This document shows, in pieces, positions 25,445-37,785 of a stretch of DNA of 64,000 bases. Below the pieces are notes generated by a model. That model was not told the DNA's origin. It did not search any database and saw nothing but the letters and a program-made list of their open reading frames with translations. Source of the DNA: Dendrobates tinctorius (lineage: Eukaryota); NCBI RefSeq assembly GCF_039654945.1, contig NW_027361872.1:8184001-8248000 (forward strand). The letters are read 5' to 3'. Positions within the stretch are counted from its first letter, which is position 1. Each line of letters starts with the position of its first letter. Both the position numbers and the translations under genes were made by a program.

Positions 25445-25975
25445 TAGTGATAATAATGAAAGCGGCAATAATGATAGTAGCAGTGATAACAGCTTCAGTA
25501 GAAGTGATAGTAGTATTGATAGTGTTACTGGTAGTGATAGTAGTAGTAATAGTGATAGAAGTAGTAGTGATAATAGTAGTCGTGTTAGTAGCAGAAATGA
25601 TTGTAGTAGTGGTGATAAAAGTAGTAGTGTTAGTAGTAGTCATGTTAGTAGTAGAAGTGATTGTAGTGGTGGTGGTAGTGATAATACCAATAATAATAGT
25701 AGTAGTGATATTAATAGTAGTAACAGTGATAGTAAGAGTGATAATAGAAGTTGTGTTAGTAGCAGAAGTGTTTGTAGTATTAGTGCTAATACCAGTAATG
25801 GTAACAATAGTAGTAAATAATTGTAGTAGAAGCGATATTAGTAGTCATGTTAGCAGTAGAAGTAATTGCATTGGTGGTAATGACAATACTAATAGCAGTG
25901 ATACAGTAGTAGTGATATTAGTAATTATAATTAAAGATGTAGTACGTCATGTTAGTAGTAGGAGTGATTGTAGTG
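25445..25975. repeat. Degenerate (AGT/GAT)n low-complexity tract, also seen at ~20120-20285
   Basis: Runs of gtagta/gtgata; these generate the spurious Val/Ile-rich ORF. Confidence 0.85.
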
Positions 25976-26216
25976 TGCAGGCGTCGGGAGAGGTCTGGCG
26001 CCTGCGCACTGCAGAATTCTGCTCTGCCCTCAACAGATTTTTAAGAAACTCGCTCATCTTAACATACATTTCATTTAAAAGAAATAATATTTAAAATAAT
26101 TAATAGTTGTAGAAAAAAAACAAATAATACTAGCCGGATGAGGTTTAGTTAGTATAGTACTGTTAGAATATATTGTTTTAGCATTATAATTATTATTAGT
26201 AGTACTAATAATAATT

Positions 26217-26248
<32 letters not shown>

Positions 26249-27865
26249 AATAAATTAAACTATTATTTCTGAATTATAATTCTCAATTATTACTAGTAGT
26301 AGTTTGAGTACTGAGAACACAAGATAGAAAAAAAAGTGATAGGCACAGACTACATCATTTATTGTGTTATCATTTTGTCCGTATAGAGCTAAAAATACTG
26401 TAATATGCCCAAAATAACACTGATATAATGCCTTATAATAGTGCAACTTACTTCTAGTAGTGGTTGGAGTAGTGGTGGCAGTAGCGATAGTGCTAGTAGC
26501 TGTATGAGGTGAGGATTACTACTTGCATTAATATTTACTGTTTTTTTTTTCATCTATTTACTGTTATCATTTTGAATTATTGTTAATAATGCTTTTCCCC
26601 TTTAAAGCCCAAGATATGACATTCTTCACCAAGTAGACCTATAAAATCCACAGTAAATATGCAATTTAACTAAATAAATATGAACAATAACAATAAGAAT
26701 TAATTTTTGTGCTAGCCGTAATAATTGTAGTAAAATCAATAGTAATATTTTTGCTATTTTTTAGATTTTTTTCCTTTTTTTCCCATAATATTAGCTTCAC
26801 AGCCTTTATGCAGAATAGAAAAAAATCACGAAGAACACAAAACACGCGCCTAAGAGACATCAGACTTTAAATAGTGTGACGGTCGCATTACACGCAGCGG
26901 TGACAGTCAGGATGGAGTTACGGTTCATTTTCCTGATAGTGAAAAAAAAAATCTGTAGTAATTGGTGAACTAATGAGAACAGCTGTATAATAAACACTAC
27001 AAGCACAGTATACAGCGGACGGACGCCCACGAATAGCGTATTTCATAAAACTGCTTCCATAGCTGTCAGAGTAGTGGCGGAGGGTAGAGGAGCAATGGTT
27101 TCTGACACTGTTCTTTCGTCCACCAGGGATAATGGCTTATGTGTTCCTTTGGCACTCGACTTTTCCTCCCGATGCCATTTTGTGCTCGGCGCTCCCTCAT
27201 GGGGATTAATGTTCTCCCTTTAGCAGCTGCATAGACAGGGAAGAACATTGATTTTATTTCTCTTTTTATGAGGCTAACCATGACAGCTTTTGCCCTACAG
27301 CACGGTAATATTCAAAAGAAACAATATGCCTGCGCGTGCCAAAAATGCCTTCCGCTTCACAAAATTAGGTTTCAAAAGCAAACACAGCAAATAATGAAAG
27401 CACATTTGTTAAACACCTTTAATAGAGCAAGGCGAGCATCGCATTGTCTCTCAATTACCGAGCGAGTGAAAGAAATGCCAGGACCCCGACAAATAATGAC
27501 GCAATATACCTTTTACGAACAAGTATAACAATATAATAATAAAAACAGCAGCAACGAAGCGGTTTAAAGCCTGGTGGATTTGTAAATCTAAATATAGAAT
27601 GTCTTAGGATTTAGTATCTCGCTCCTATAACAGCGTGATCCGAATACAAGAGCGATGGTTTATATGGAACAGCTTAAATAATATAGAGAACATCTTCAAT
27701 ATTGAGGGGCCTGGATTTTAATCTTACTGTAAATAAGAATAAGAACAAGAATATCATAATAATATTAACATCTGTCTCTCCTCTACATATATTTATTATT
27801 TAGAAAATAAAATCTGGCACTCCGTCAAAAATGAAGAATATATTTTAATTAGTGAAGCAATCCCA

Positions 27866-27911
27866 ATATAGTAACGTTTCAGCCATAAACATTGACCTTC
27901 ATCAGTCTATA
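27866..27911 (-). ncRNA. Hammerhead-ribozyme-like motif in a Penelope-like remnant (~27800-28150)
   Basis: Minus strand reads TATAG-ACTGATGAA-GGTCA-ATGTTTA-TGGCT-GAAACGTTA-CTATA. This gives a CUGAUGA core, stem II, GAAAC and a 5-bp stem I. GAGTGC lies downstream. Confidence 0.6.
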
Positions 27912-28234
27912 ATATACAATGTGAAAGAAAGCATAAGGAATTTATACATAAAAGAATAATAATGGCAAAGGAAAAATAACAATAGTAATAGTAATGTCAT
28001 ATTATTCCATAGAGGAGGTAAAACAGCCTTGATAAGGACTATGTAAAATAGACTCAAGTAAAGTATGTTAAGCATAGAGTACGATCGGATTTTATTTGCT
28101 ACATGATTAGGAGTGGTATCCTATCTGAGCACCTTAATGAGATGGAATGACATGCATACTCTATCTATCTATCCCATATCTATATATATATCCTATCTAT
28201 CTCTCTTGAAAAAATGAAGTCAGCACACCATTTT

Positions 28235-28390
28235 TGTAAAAGTAGAAAAATGTGATTCAATTGCCCATTGGGGCTCAGCAAAGTTTGGGTTCAACTGAGA
28301 ACTTTTTTCAAGCTTGAAAAGGGTTCTCAGTTGAACCGAAATATTGCTGAGCCCCAATGGGCAATTGAATCACATTTTTCTATTTTTTCA
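28235..28390. mobile_element. Second head-to-head Penelope-like palindrome with hammerhead-like motifs
   Basis: Arms symmetric about AAGCTT (28310-28315). Plus arm reads CTTGAAAAG-GGTTC-TCAGTT-GAACC-GAAATATTG. It lies next to a TATC run at ~28160-28205. Confidence 0.6.
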
Positions 28391-28415
28391 ACATATCGTG
28401 AGGAATGATTTAGAT

Positions 28416-31400
28416 CAAGGATGTCTAACTCAAATACACAGAGGGACAAAATTAAAAGCTTGGACGAATTTGAGGAAGCTTTTCCTTATCAAATATAATA
28501 ATGAACTTTTTCTATGTATGGAAACAAACTAAAAGGGATAGCCCCACAAACAAAGTACATTTTAATTAATAGATCTTAGAATAAAATATTGAAATAAGAA
28601 CATGTTAATTAAGAGCAATAAAAAAGCAAATGGTCCAATGGCCTAATTTAAATATGTAATAGCAAAGGATAAAAAAACCTTGATTAATGCAAATCAAAAA
28701 GTATGATGCAAACAAAAGTGCCCCCAAACACAGTATGATGCCCCCACAATGAATCCCTGCACAGTACCCTCCATATGTATGGTATGATGACCCTTCTATA
28801 CCCCCACCCATGGTCAGCCTGAAAAAGAATGGTGACCACACCACAGTATGATTCATACAGTATAATGACCACAAAAAGTGCTCCATGCAGTAGAATAACC
28901 ACAAAAAGAGCTCCATACAGTATAATGGCCTCACATATTGATCCATAATGTATGATGGCCACACATACTTCCCCATGCAATTTAATGGCCCCACATAGTG
29001 GTCCATACAGTATAATAGACTCACATACAGTAGTGTTCCATACAGTACAGTGGCTCCATATAGTGATCCACACTGTATAAAGGCCCCACATAGTGCTCCA
29101 TAAAGTATAATGACCTCACATAGTACTCCATACAGTAGAATGGCCCCACATAGTGCCTCATAGTCCTTCATACCATATAATGGCCACACATAGTGCTCCA
29201 TACAGTATAATGGCATCACATAGTGCTCCATACAGTATAATGGCCCCACATAGTGCTCCATACAGTATAAAAGCCTCACATAGTGCTCCATTCAGTATAA
29301 TGGCCTCACATAGTGCTCCATACAGTATATTGGCCCCACATAGTCCTCCATACAGTATAATGGTGTCACATAGTGCTCCATACAGTATAATGGCCCCACA
29401 TAGTGCTCCATACAGTATACTAGCCTCACATAGTGCTCCATACAGTATAATGGCCTCACATAGTGCTCCATACAGTATATTGGCCCCACATAGTGCTCCA
29501 TAGAGTATAATGGCCACACATAGTGCTCCATACAGTATAATGGCCTCACATAGTGCTCCATACAGTATAATGGCCTCACATAGTGCTCCATACAGTATAT
29601 TGGCCCCACATAGTGCTCCATACAGTATAATGGCCCCACATAGTGCTCCATACAGTATAATAGCCTCACATAGTGCTCCATACAGTATAATGGCCTCACA
29701 TAGTGCTCCATACAGTATATTGGCCCCACATAGTGCTCCATAGAGTATAATGGCCACACATAGTGCTCCATACAGTATAATGGCCTCACATAGTGCTCCA
29801 TACAGTATAATGGCCTCACATAGTGCTCCATACAGTATATTGGCCCCACATAGTGCTCCATACAGTATATTGGCCCCACATAGTGCTCCATACAGTATAA
29901 TAGCCACACATAGTGCTCCATATAGTATATTGGCCCCACATAGTGCTCCATACAGTATACTGGCCCCACATAGTGCTCCATACAGTATAATGGCCCCACA
30001 TAGTGCTCCATACAGTATAATGGCCCCACATAGTGGTCCATACAGTATATTGGCCCCACATAGTGCTCAATAAAGTATAATGGCCTCACATAGTACTCCA
30101 TACAGTATATTTGCCCCACATAGTGCTCCATACAGTATATTTGCCCCACATAGTGCTCCATACAGTATAATAGCCCCATATAGTGCTCCATACAGTATAT
30201 TGGCCCCACATAGTGCGCCACACAATATATTGGCCCCACATAGTGCTCCACACAATATAATGACCCCACATAGTGCTCCATACAGTATATTGGCCCCACA
30301 TAGTGCTCCATACAGTATAATGGCCTCACATAGTACTCCATACAGTATATTGGCCCCACATAGTGCTCCATACAGTATAATGGCCTCACATAGTGCTCCA
30401 TACAGTATAATGGCCACACATAGCGCTCCATACAGTATAATGGCCTCACATAGTGCTCCATGCAGTATAATGGCCCCACATAGTGCTCCATACAGTATAT
30501 TGGCCCCACATAGTGCTCCATACAGTATAATGGCCCCACATAGTGCTCCATACAGTATAATGGCCCCACATAGTGCTCCATATAGTATATTGGCCCCACA
30601 TAGTGCTCCATACAGAATAATGGCCTCACATAGTGCTCAATACAGTATAATGGCCTCACATAGTGCTACATATAGTGTAAAGAGCTTTACATAGTGAACT
30701 ATACAGTATAATGGCCTCACATAGTGCTCCATACAGTATATTGGCCCCACATAGTGCTCCATAGAGTATAATGGCCACACATAGTGCTCCATACAGTATA
30801 ATGGCCTCACATAGTGCTCCATACAGTATAATGGCCTCACATAGTGCTCCATACAGTATATTGGCCCCACATAGTGCTCCATACAGTATAATGGCCCCAC
30901 ATAGTGCTCCATACAGTATATTGGCCCCACATAGTGCTCCATACAGTATAATAGCCACACATAGTGCTCCATATAGTATATTGGCCCCACATAGTGCTCC
31001 ATACAGTATACTGGCCCCACATAGTGCTCCATACAGTATAATGGCCCCACATAGTGCTCCATACAGTATAATGGCCCCACATAGTGCTCCATACAGTATA
31101 TTGGCCCCACATAGTGCTCAATAAAGTATAATGGCCTTACATAGTACTCCATACAGTATATTTGCCCCACATAGTGCTCCATACAGTATATTTGCCCCAC
31201 ATAGTGCTCCATACAGTATAATAGCCCCACATAGTGCTCCATACAATATATTGGCCCCACATAGTGCGCCACACATTATATTGGCCCCACATAGTGCTCC
31301 ACACAATATAATGACCCCACATAGTGCTCCATACAGTATATTGGCCCCACATAGTGCTCCATACAGTATAATGGCCTCACATAGTACTCCATACAGTATA

Positions 31401-31900
31401 TTGGCACCACATAGTGCTCCATACAGTATAATGGCCTCACATAGTGCTCCATACAGTATAATGGCCACACATAGCGCTCCATACAGTATAATGGCCTCAC
31501 ATAGTGCTCCATACAGTATAATGGCCCCACATAGTGCTCCATACAGTATATTGGCCCCACATAGTGCTCCATACAGTATAATGGCCCCACATAGTGCTCC
31601 ATACAGTATAATGGCCCCACATAGTGCTCCATATAGTATATTGGCCCCACATAGTGCTCCATACAGAATAATGGCCTCACTTAGTGCTCAATACAGTATA
31701 ATGGCCTCACATAGTGCTACATATAGTGTAAAGAGCTTTACATAGTGAACTATACAGTATAATGGCCTGACATAGTTCTCCATATAATATAATGGGCCTT
31801 ACATAGTGCTCCACACAGTATAATGGCCCCACATAGTGATCCGTACAGTATAATAGGATCCAAATTAAAACAAAATAAAAACTCACTTCTGCCCGTTCCC
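28416..31900. mobile_element. hAT/Charlie-like non-autonomous element carrying the 30-bp minisatellite; right end not found
   Basis: Left end caaggatgtctaactc resembles the CAGGGGTGTCAAACTC-type TIR. The array grades out of diverged units within it. Confidence 0.4.
28840..31856. repeat. 30-bp minisatellite (~100 units) with a 1051-bp higher-order duplication
   Basis: Unit catagtgctccatacagtataatggcccca. Diagnostic variants recur 1051 bp apart (30213/31264, 30421/31472, 30663/31714). Confidence 0.97.
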
Positions 31901-32232
31901 CCATGTCTAAATACTAGGGGTCTATGCCCTGACTCATCCCATTATAATCAGTACAATTGCTTTTTTGTGTAAAAAACATACTATTTTGTTCCAGCATTAT
32001 GATTAGTGGACACTAGAGAAAAAAATATTTGTCTACCTGAATGCTCATTTTCTTCACCACTTTGTGACTCATACAATGCAGTGTTTGCTGTTATCCTCAT
32101 GTATGCATCTAAAATCCCTTTTTGGGTGTTCTCAAATCTGTATATATTGTACATATTGTAATTTTTGTATATTTTGTCAATTTATGTGCACTGATAGTCT
32201 GTTTATTGCTCCTCTCCCCTACAGAGCGAGTA

Positions 32233-32266
32233 TGTGAACAAGGCCCAGGTTCGGGTTGAAACGTTA
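32233..32266 (+). ncRNA. Degenerate hammerhead-like motif (Penelope-like remnant)
   Basis: TGTGAACAA-GGCCC-AGGTTC-GGGTT-GAAACGTTA has the same architecture as the motifs at 18.2, 27.9 and 28.3 kb. Confidence 0.4.
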
Positions 32267-32389
32267 GGTCGTTTTTTTCACTTGCACTTTATACTCATTT
32301 TTATCTGCTACCTGCACTTGATTTAAGAAATTTTTTTTAAAAAAACTTGCATTGAACTTTTGGCATGTGCAGTGAAATTTCTTCACATG

Positions 32390-33115
32390 AAAGCCTTTGT
32401 TTGAAGACTTCCATTGAAGAAGAACTCACCACCTCTCATAGCAGCCTGTTCCACTCCTTGATCACCCTCACTGTCAAATTTTTTTTTATAATACCTAATC
32501 TGTATCTTCTCCCTTTCAGCTTCATTCCATTGCTTATTGTATTTCCATGTGCAAATGAGAATAAGGATGATCCCTCTACACTGTGACAGCCCTTCAGATA
32601 TTTGTAGACAGCTATTAAAGCCCCCGTTACACACTGCAATATCGCTAGCAATATCGCTGTAATGTCACCGATTTTGTGACGTTGCAGCGATATTGCTAGC
32701 GATATCGCTGCATGTGATACTTACCTCCGACCGGCTCCCCCGCTGATTATCGCTGATCGCGCAAGAAGCTCCTGGACCATTCCTCGTCAGTCACTTCCTG
32801 CGGCGCTTCCTGTGGCGCCGACGAGCGACGCGTGGAGCCGGGCGGGAGGACGCAGGATCGCCGCGTCTGACAGGTAAATAGCGATCCCCGTCCCCAGCGA
32901 TGTCGCTGGTGAGATCTGCCTGTGTGGCAGCTCACTAGCGACCACCTAACAATGCACCAGCGATCCTGACCGCGTCATATCGCTGGTCGGGATCGCTGGT
33001 GCATCGCTAGGTGTAACGATACCCTAAGCCTCCTCTTAGCCTTCTTTGTTGTAAGCTAAACATTTAACTGTTCTTCACAAGGCATAGTTTGCAGTCCCCT
33101 CACTTGCTCTTCTCT
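32390..33115 (-). mobile_element. CR1 3' fragment related to copy B, split by a MITE
   Basis: Matches ~20460-20780 (tgtttgaagacttccattgaag...gctattaag|cctcctcttagcc) and encodes LIAVYKYLKG...WNRL. Confidence 0.85.
32619..33024. mobile_element. PIF/Harbinger-type MITE, AGCGAT-rich family
   Basis: TIR agcccccgttacac/gtgtaacgataccc; TSD TAA. Confidence 0.8.
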
Positions 33116-33957
33116 ACTTGTGACCCAACTTTCCAAGAAATAGATGAAAGTCATAAAATTAATGATTGACAATGGAACAGGAAAGGCATTTCAAGGCTTT
33201 ACATTTACTGACAATATTTTTTATATTTGAGAATATGAACAATTATCTCCATGAATGAGGGGAAAATTCAAGGCTTTTTCAATTGCTCAATGAATCTTCC
33301 TCGTGTGTGCATTGAGGTGCGATGCTTGACCTCAGCTCACATAGAGCAGCAGTATACAAGACCGGTAAAACATGTACTTTAAAAGTCCTTAGAAATGTAT
33401 TTCTATTATACAAACTGGAGCTCGAAAAGAGTGTAAGAGAAAAGAAGCTTAAATGCAACATAAACAGCACAAGGGATGATGAGGAGCATGAACTGGGTTA
33501 CCTTCTACTTGGTAAATAATAATCCCCATTTATTTCAATCTAAACTGGTCTGCACATTAAAAAAAAGAATCATGTAAGCGAGAAAATGAAAAAGAATTGA
33601 AAGTGCTAATTAAAAGAGACTAACAGCTCTTTCACATTAATTAGCATATAATACTGACATTCAGCAGGATGCACTATGTCCTCTCTCCAACACACAGTTT
33701 TTCATTAATCAAGGAGGGAAGATGCACCTTGTAAGGAAAGAAAATCTAATAAGGAATTTCATAGCCTTCATACATGACCACACAGAAGCAGCTTTCATCA
33801 TATAAAAAGCAGGGGTGGACATATCATTGGTGCTGCCCAAAAGGTAAAGGGGCCACTGCCATCCCCAAATCAACAAGAAACATCCGTAGCCGACTGCAAA
33901 AGGCCTTTCTGTCTGTGTCCACCAATAATAAAAAGTATATGTAATCTTAGTGAACAC

Positions 33958-34468
33958 TAGAGATGAACAAATACATTTGCACGAAACTGAATTCTATTCA
34001 AAATTTACAAAAATATGCATTGGACAAACTGCAAATATTTACACAATTGCTTTTGTGTGAATTTAGCAAAATTTTTAGGGTCATCAAAAGATTTTCAAAA
34101 ATGTAAAAATACTTAAACACACCTCTCCGGCACCTCCGTTTGGGCTGAAATCCTTGCACCCCATGAACTCATAACCTTTCATGAACTTCAGCAGAAATTT
34201 CAGCATTAGTGAGGAGAAGATATGGAGGGGACTGGACTAGTATCGGCGAAGAGAGGAAGGGCCGGAGAGGTGATTGGTGAGATGAGTATAACAATTTTTT
34301 ATTTTTTTTTTCTATATTATTTTTCTCATGCTCTGGGGTCTGAAGACACAACAGAGCAGAAAAAGGGCCATTAAATTTGTAGAGAATTGCTTTTTTCTCA
34401 GATAGAATTTCTTGGAAAAACTCACATGAACAGGCAAGTTCAAATTTTGCCTGATTTGCTCATTTCTA
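33958..34468. mobile_element. hAT MITE
   Basis: TIR tagagatgaacaaat/atttgctcatttcta with perfect TSD GTGAACAC. Confidence 0.85.
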
Positions 34469-35221
34469 GTGAACACCACAATTAGTACTAGAATGTCCCT
34501 GTACAGTACCATGTCCATGCAAGATGTTAGGCCACACCCATAACCACACCCCTAACCACACCTATTCACCTATTTACCACTTCATCCTCCCCTGACTATA
34601 TGGAAGAAGATAATGGAATGGTGAAAGAAAACTGTAAAAACAATTAATACTGTAAAAACAACCCCTCAAAAAAAGCATTTCATCCAATTTGGAGTTTTCT
34701 TTTTTTCAGTACATTGTATGGAAAAATGAATGATTTTATTCAAAACTACAACTTGTCCTGCAAAAAACAATACAGCTCTGTTAACGGAAAAAAAAAGTTA
34801 TGACTCTTGGAGGAATGGAAGGGAAAGATGAAAACCATAAAAGTGAAAAATTGGCTGCAGATGTGATGGGTTTCAAGAATTTGTCCAGACTTGGGACAAC
34901 TGTCCGCAGTCACAATTCTGCCAATGTGAGCATGTGGTGATGTGACTAAATGTATGAAAACTGCATACTTGCGGTCATGCGCCGACTAGACTCATCCAGC
35001 TTCTCTCACTTCACTTCTATGGAGAGAAACTGAACACGTCTAGTTGGCAGGTGACTGCTGGTATGCGCAAAGCTCATTGTCAGGATTCAGCAGTCTGTAG
35101 TAACATAGAGTGCATGCAAACATTTTTCCCCAAGCCTGAATGAAGTGTATTTCTAAGATGCAAAATCTTATTTTTTGGAGGTGGGGGCACTTTGTTTTTT
35201 CATTTCACAATTAATTTACTA

Positions 35222-35255
<34 letters not shown>

Positions 35256-36015
35256 GCTGAAAATAGGACATCTCCTCCTATGCGGACTGTCCTTCTGGAT
35301 CCAGGATGGTTGGGTGGTATGGCATTATATCATCTCACAAATATTTATCTGTGGACTCTGACCGCATTTTTTCTTACTTTCCTTTATAGACCGCTAACAG
35401 GCGTTTACTTCCTGTTCATTGTGTCAGCCATCTTGGAGAGATTAATTTACCGCTGCGAAAATAGTTGTTCTCTGCGCTCCTCCAGACAAATACCAGCGCT
35501 GAATCGTCATTCATGCATAACCCAACTTTATAGGCTATATATTGTCTATGGCAACATAAATGGCTTCAGTTGCTTCTCGAGCATTTTTATTGCCACCTCT
35601 TCCTTATTATGCAATATCAAAAAAATTTATTGAGTTATTTGCTGAAAGGAAAATGTTACAAGGTTTATAGACTTCACCGTTACAAATACTTTAAGTCTTA
35701 CTGGCACTTATGTCAACAATGAAACAGTTACCATAAAATACAGGATGAAATGGAGTGGAATAGAAACGATAGAAGGATATTTTCATCATACTGAATGATA
35801 CACCAAGGTAAATCATCATGTTATAACATCTGTTCATATTCTATATGGAGTAAAGCACAGCGTGTCTACAGTAATGGGCAATTGCCTCTTCAGAGAGGAA
35901 GAGGACTTGAACTCTATAGCACCTTCTGTTGGAAGCAGCAATCCTATAAGTCACTATCAACTTTTTAACAGGCCTTGAACTGTGATTTAGTTAAAAATCC
36001 AAATCAGAATCTCAA

Positions 36016-36060
36016 TTTGCATTCACAGTGTTTTGAGATATCGCCCCTCATCAGCGCAAA
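36016..36060 (-). ncRNA. Degenerate type I hammerhead ribozyme motif within a ~200-bp retrozyme/satellite-2-like monomer (~35875-36075)
   Basis: Minus strand reads TTTGCG-CTGATGA-GGGG-CGATA-TCTC-AAAA-CACTGTG-AA-TGCAAA. Stems I, II and III can form, but GAAA is AAAA and the cleavage triplet is GAA. Confidence 0.6.
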
Positions 36061-37055
36061 GCTTGGGAACTGATTTGGCTAGCACTTTCAGCAAGGGGAA
36101 ACATTATCCTTTATAGTAATGGGATCATTGACTGATGCCTAATATGAAGTATAAGATTAATTGGAAGTTTCTCAAAGGACGATGACTCTATCTTAAACAG
36201 ATACTGCAATTTTTTATTGACTACAATGATAATTTTGCATTTTGAAGCCAACTCTTTGCCTATACAATATAGATATGTAGCATCCAGTTATTATGTGCAA
36301 AAATGAAAAATAAAATAGTCAGGGATTAACTTTTATACCTTCATATGCAGCATGGAAAAGTTTGCTATTGGAACAACACAATGTAATATCACGATAATTG
36401 TATAATGGTTCAACTATACCAGTGCAAAGAAAAAAATAGTCCAATGGCCGTCTCAGCTTTGCTACGTGTTGGTAGTTAATGAAGCAAGTTTTCCCATCTT
36501 ATAAACTAGAATGTCATCACTTAATGAACATGTTGGGTTAACTTCTAAGACCACCATAAGTCTTGAGAGTGAAGGGGACCCGGCCTTTGTGTAGAGTTAC
36601 ATCCTTTATGGTGTTTTTCTTTTGAAAGGTAAGCCCACTCCTACCTGGTTGAGCAGGGAACTACAGCTGAATAAGTCCATCTGAAGTTCCTAGTACAGTC
36701 TAGTTTGTTGATGTTGGAACTATTAAAGGAGATGGCTCAAAAAGTATAACAGTAGTGCACCTGTTCCCTGCTTCCTGTGGGTGGAGCACTCCTGATGATT
36801 GACAGTTTGCACCAGCAGCATGGTTGTGCCACTGACTTGATCTGTGCACTTACCAGAGCTGATAGCAGAGGCAGCTTTGCTTCCGCAGCATTGTAGGAGC
36901 ACAAGGGCACTGAAGCTAGCCAGATCCAGCAATATGCCAGCTTTTTAGGGCAGAGATGGTAAACTCTTTAGCAAAGAACTATTACTGTAAATGCTTTGCT
37001 ACTTTGCTAGTACTCAAGCCACCACTGATAGACTACAGAGGTAACTGGTAACTTA

Positions 37056-37785
37056 GGCCCCTTTCAAACATCAGCTTTTTGCTATCAGTCGCATGTTGAA
37101 AAAAACTGATCCAGCAACTGATTCTGCTGGATCAGTTTTTTTCTAATCGACGTGTATTTGTGACGGATGGCCTCACGTTTCATCTGTCGTTCGCCGGATC
37201 CATCGAAAATTGTTTGTCCGTCGGACGAAGATAACTGACAAAGTAACGTTTTTTGTCTATGGTGAAAAACCGGACAGCAACGGATCCATCGCCATCCATC
37301 ATTTGCTAGAATTGAAGCCTATGGGCGCAGGATCCGTCGTAATCCATCAAATGATGGAATCCTGTGACGGATTCCGTTTTTTTAAGTGAGCATGCTCCGA
37401 TTACTATCTCCACACCAAAATATCTTAATTTATAATTCTTTAATAAAAATATATATATTCTTTTAAAAGTATTATTGTCTTTCATTTATTTAGTGATAAG
37501 GTATAATACTTTGGGTAACAAGGTACAATACTTGGGGTAACAAGGTACAAAACTTGGGTTAAAATAGAAAAAATTAATGGTTTAGAAAACGGATCCGTCG
37601 AAAAACTGAAGAAACGGATGAAAAAAATAATGCGAAGGATCCGTTTTTTTGGCTGGATCTGCTAGTCAGATCCATCAAAAAAACGGATCTGTTGCATCAG
37701 TTTTTCACAATCTGCGATGGATCTGTCAATCCGTCGAGCCAACGGATTGTGACTGACGGCAAAAAACTGATGTGTGAAAGGGGCC
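37056..37785. mobile_element. PIF/Harbinger-type MITE, GGATCC-rich
   Basis: TIR ggcccctttcaaacatcag/ctgatgtgtgaaaggggcc; TSD TTA. Confidence 0.85.

Noticed and set aside
25398-26094. Val/Ile-rich membrane-like ORF and Thr-rich antisense ORF
   Set aside because: Simple trinucleotide low-complexity DNA.
28605-31904. Many long ORFs (MEHYVGPLYC, HSAPYSIMAP, YGALCGAIIL repeats; up to 455 aa)
   Set aside because: They are translations of a 30-bp minisatellite that is open in several frames on both strands; there is no evidence of coding.
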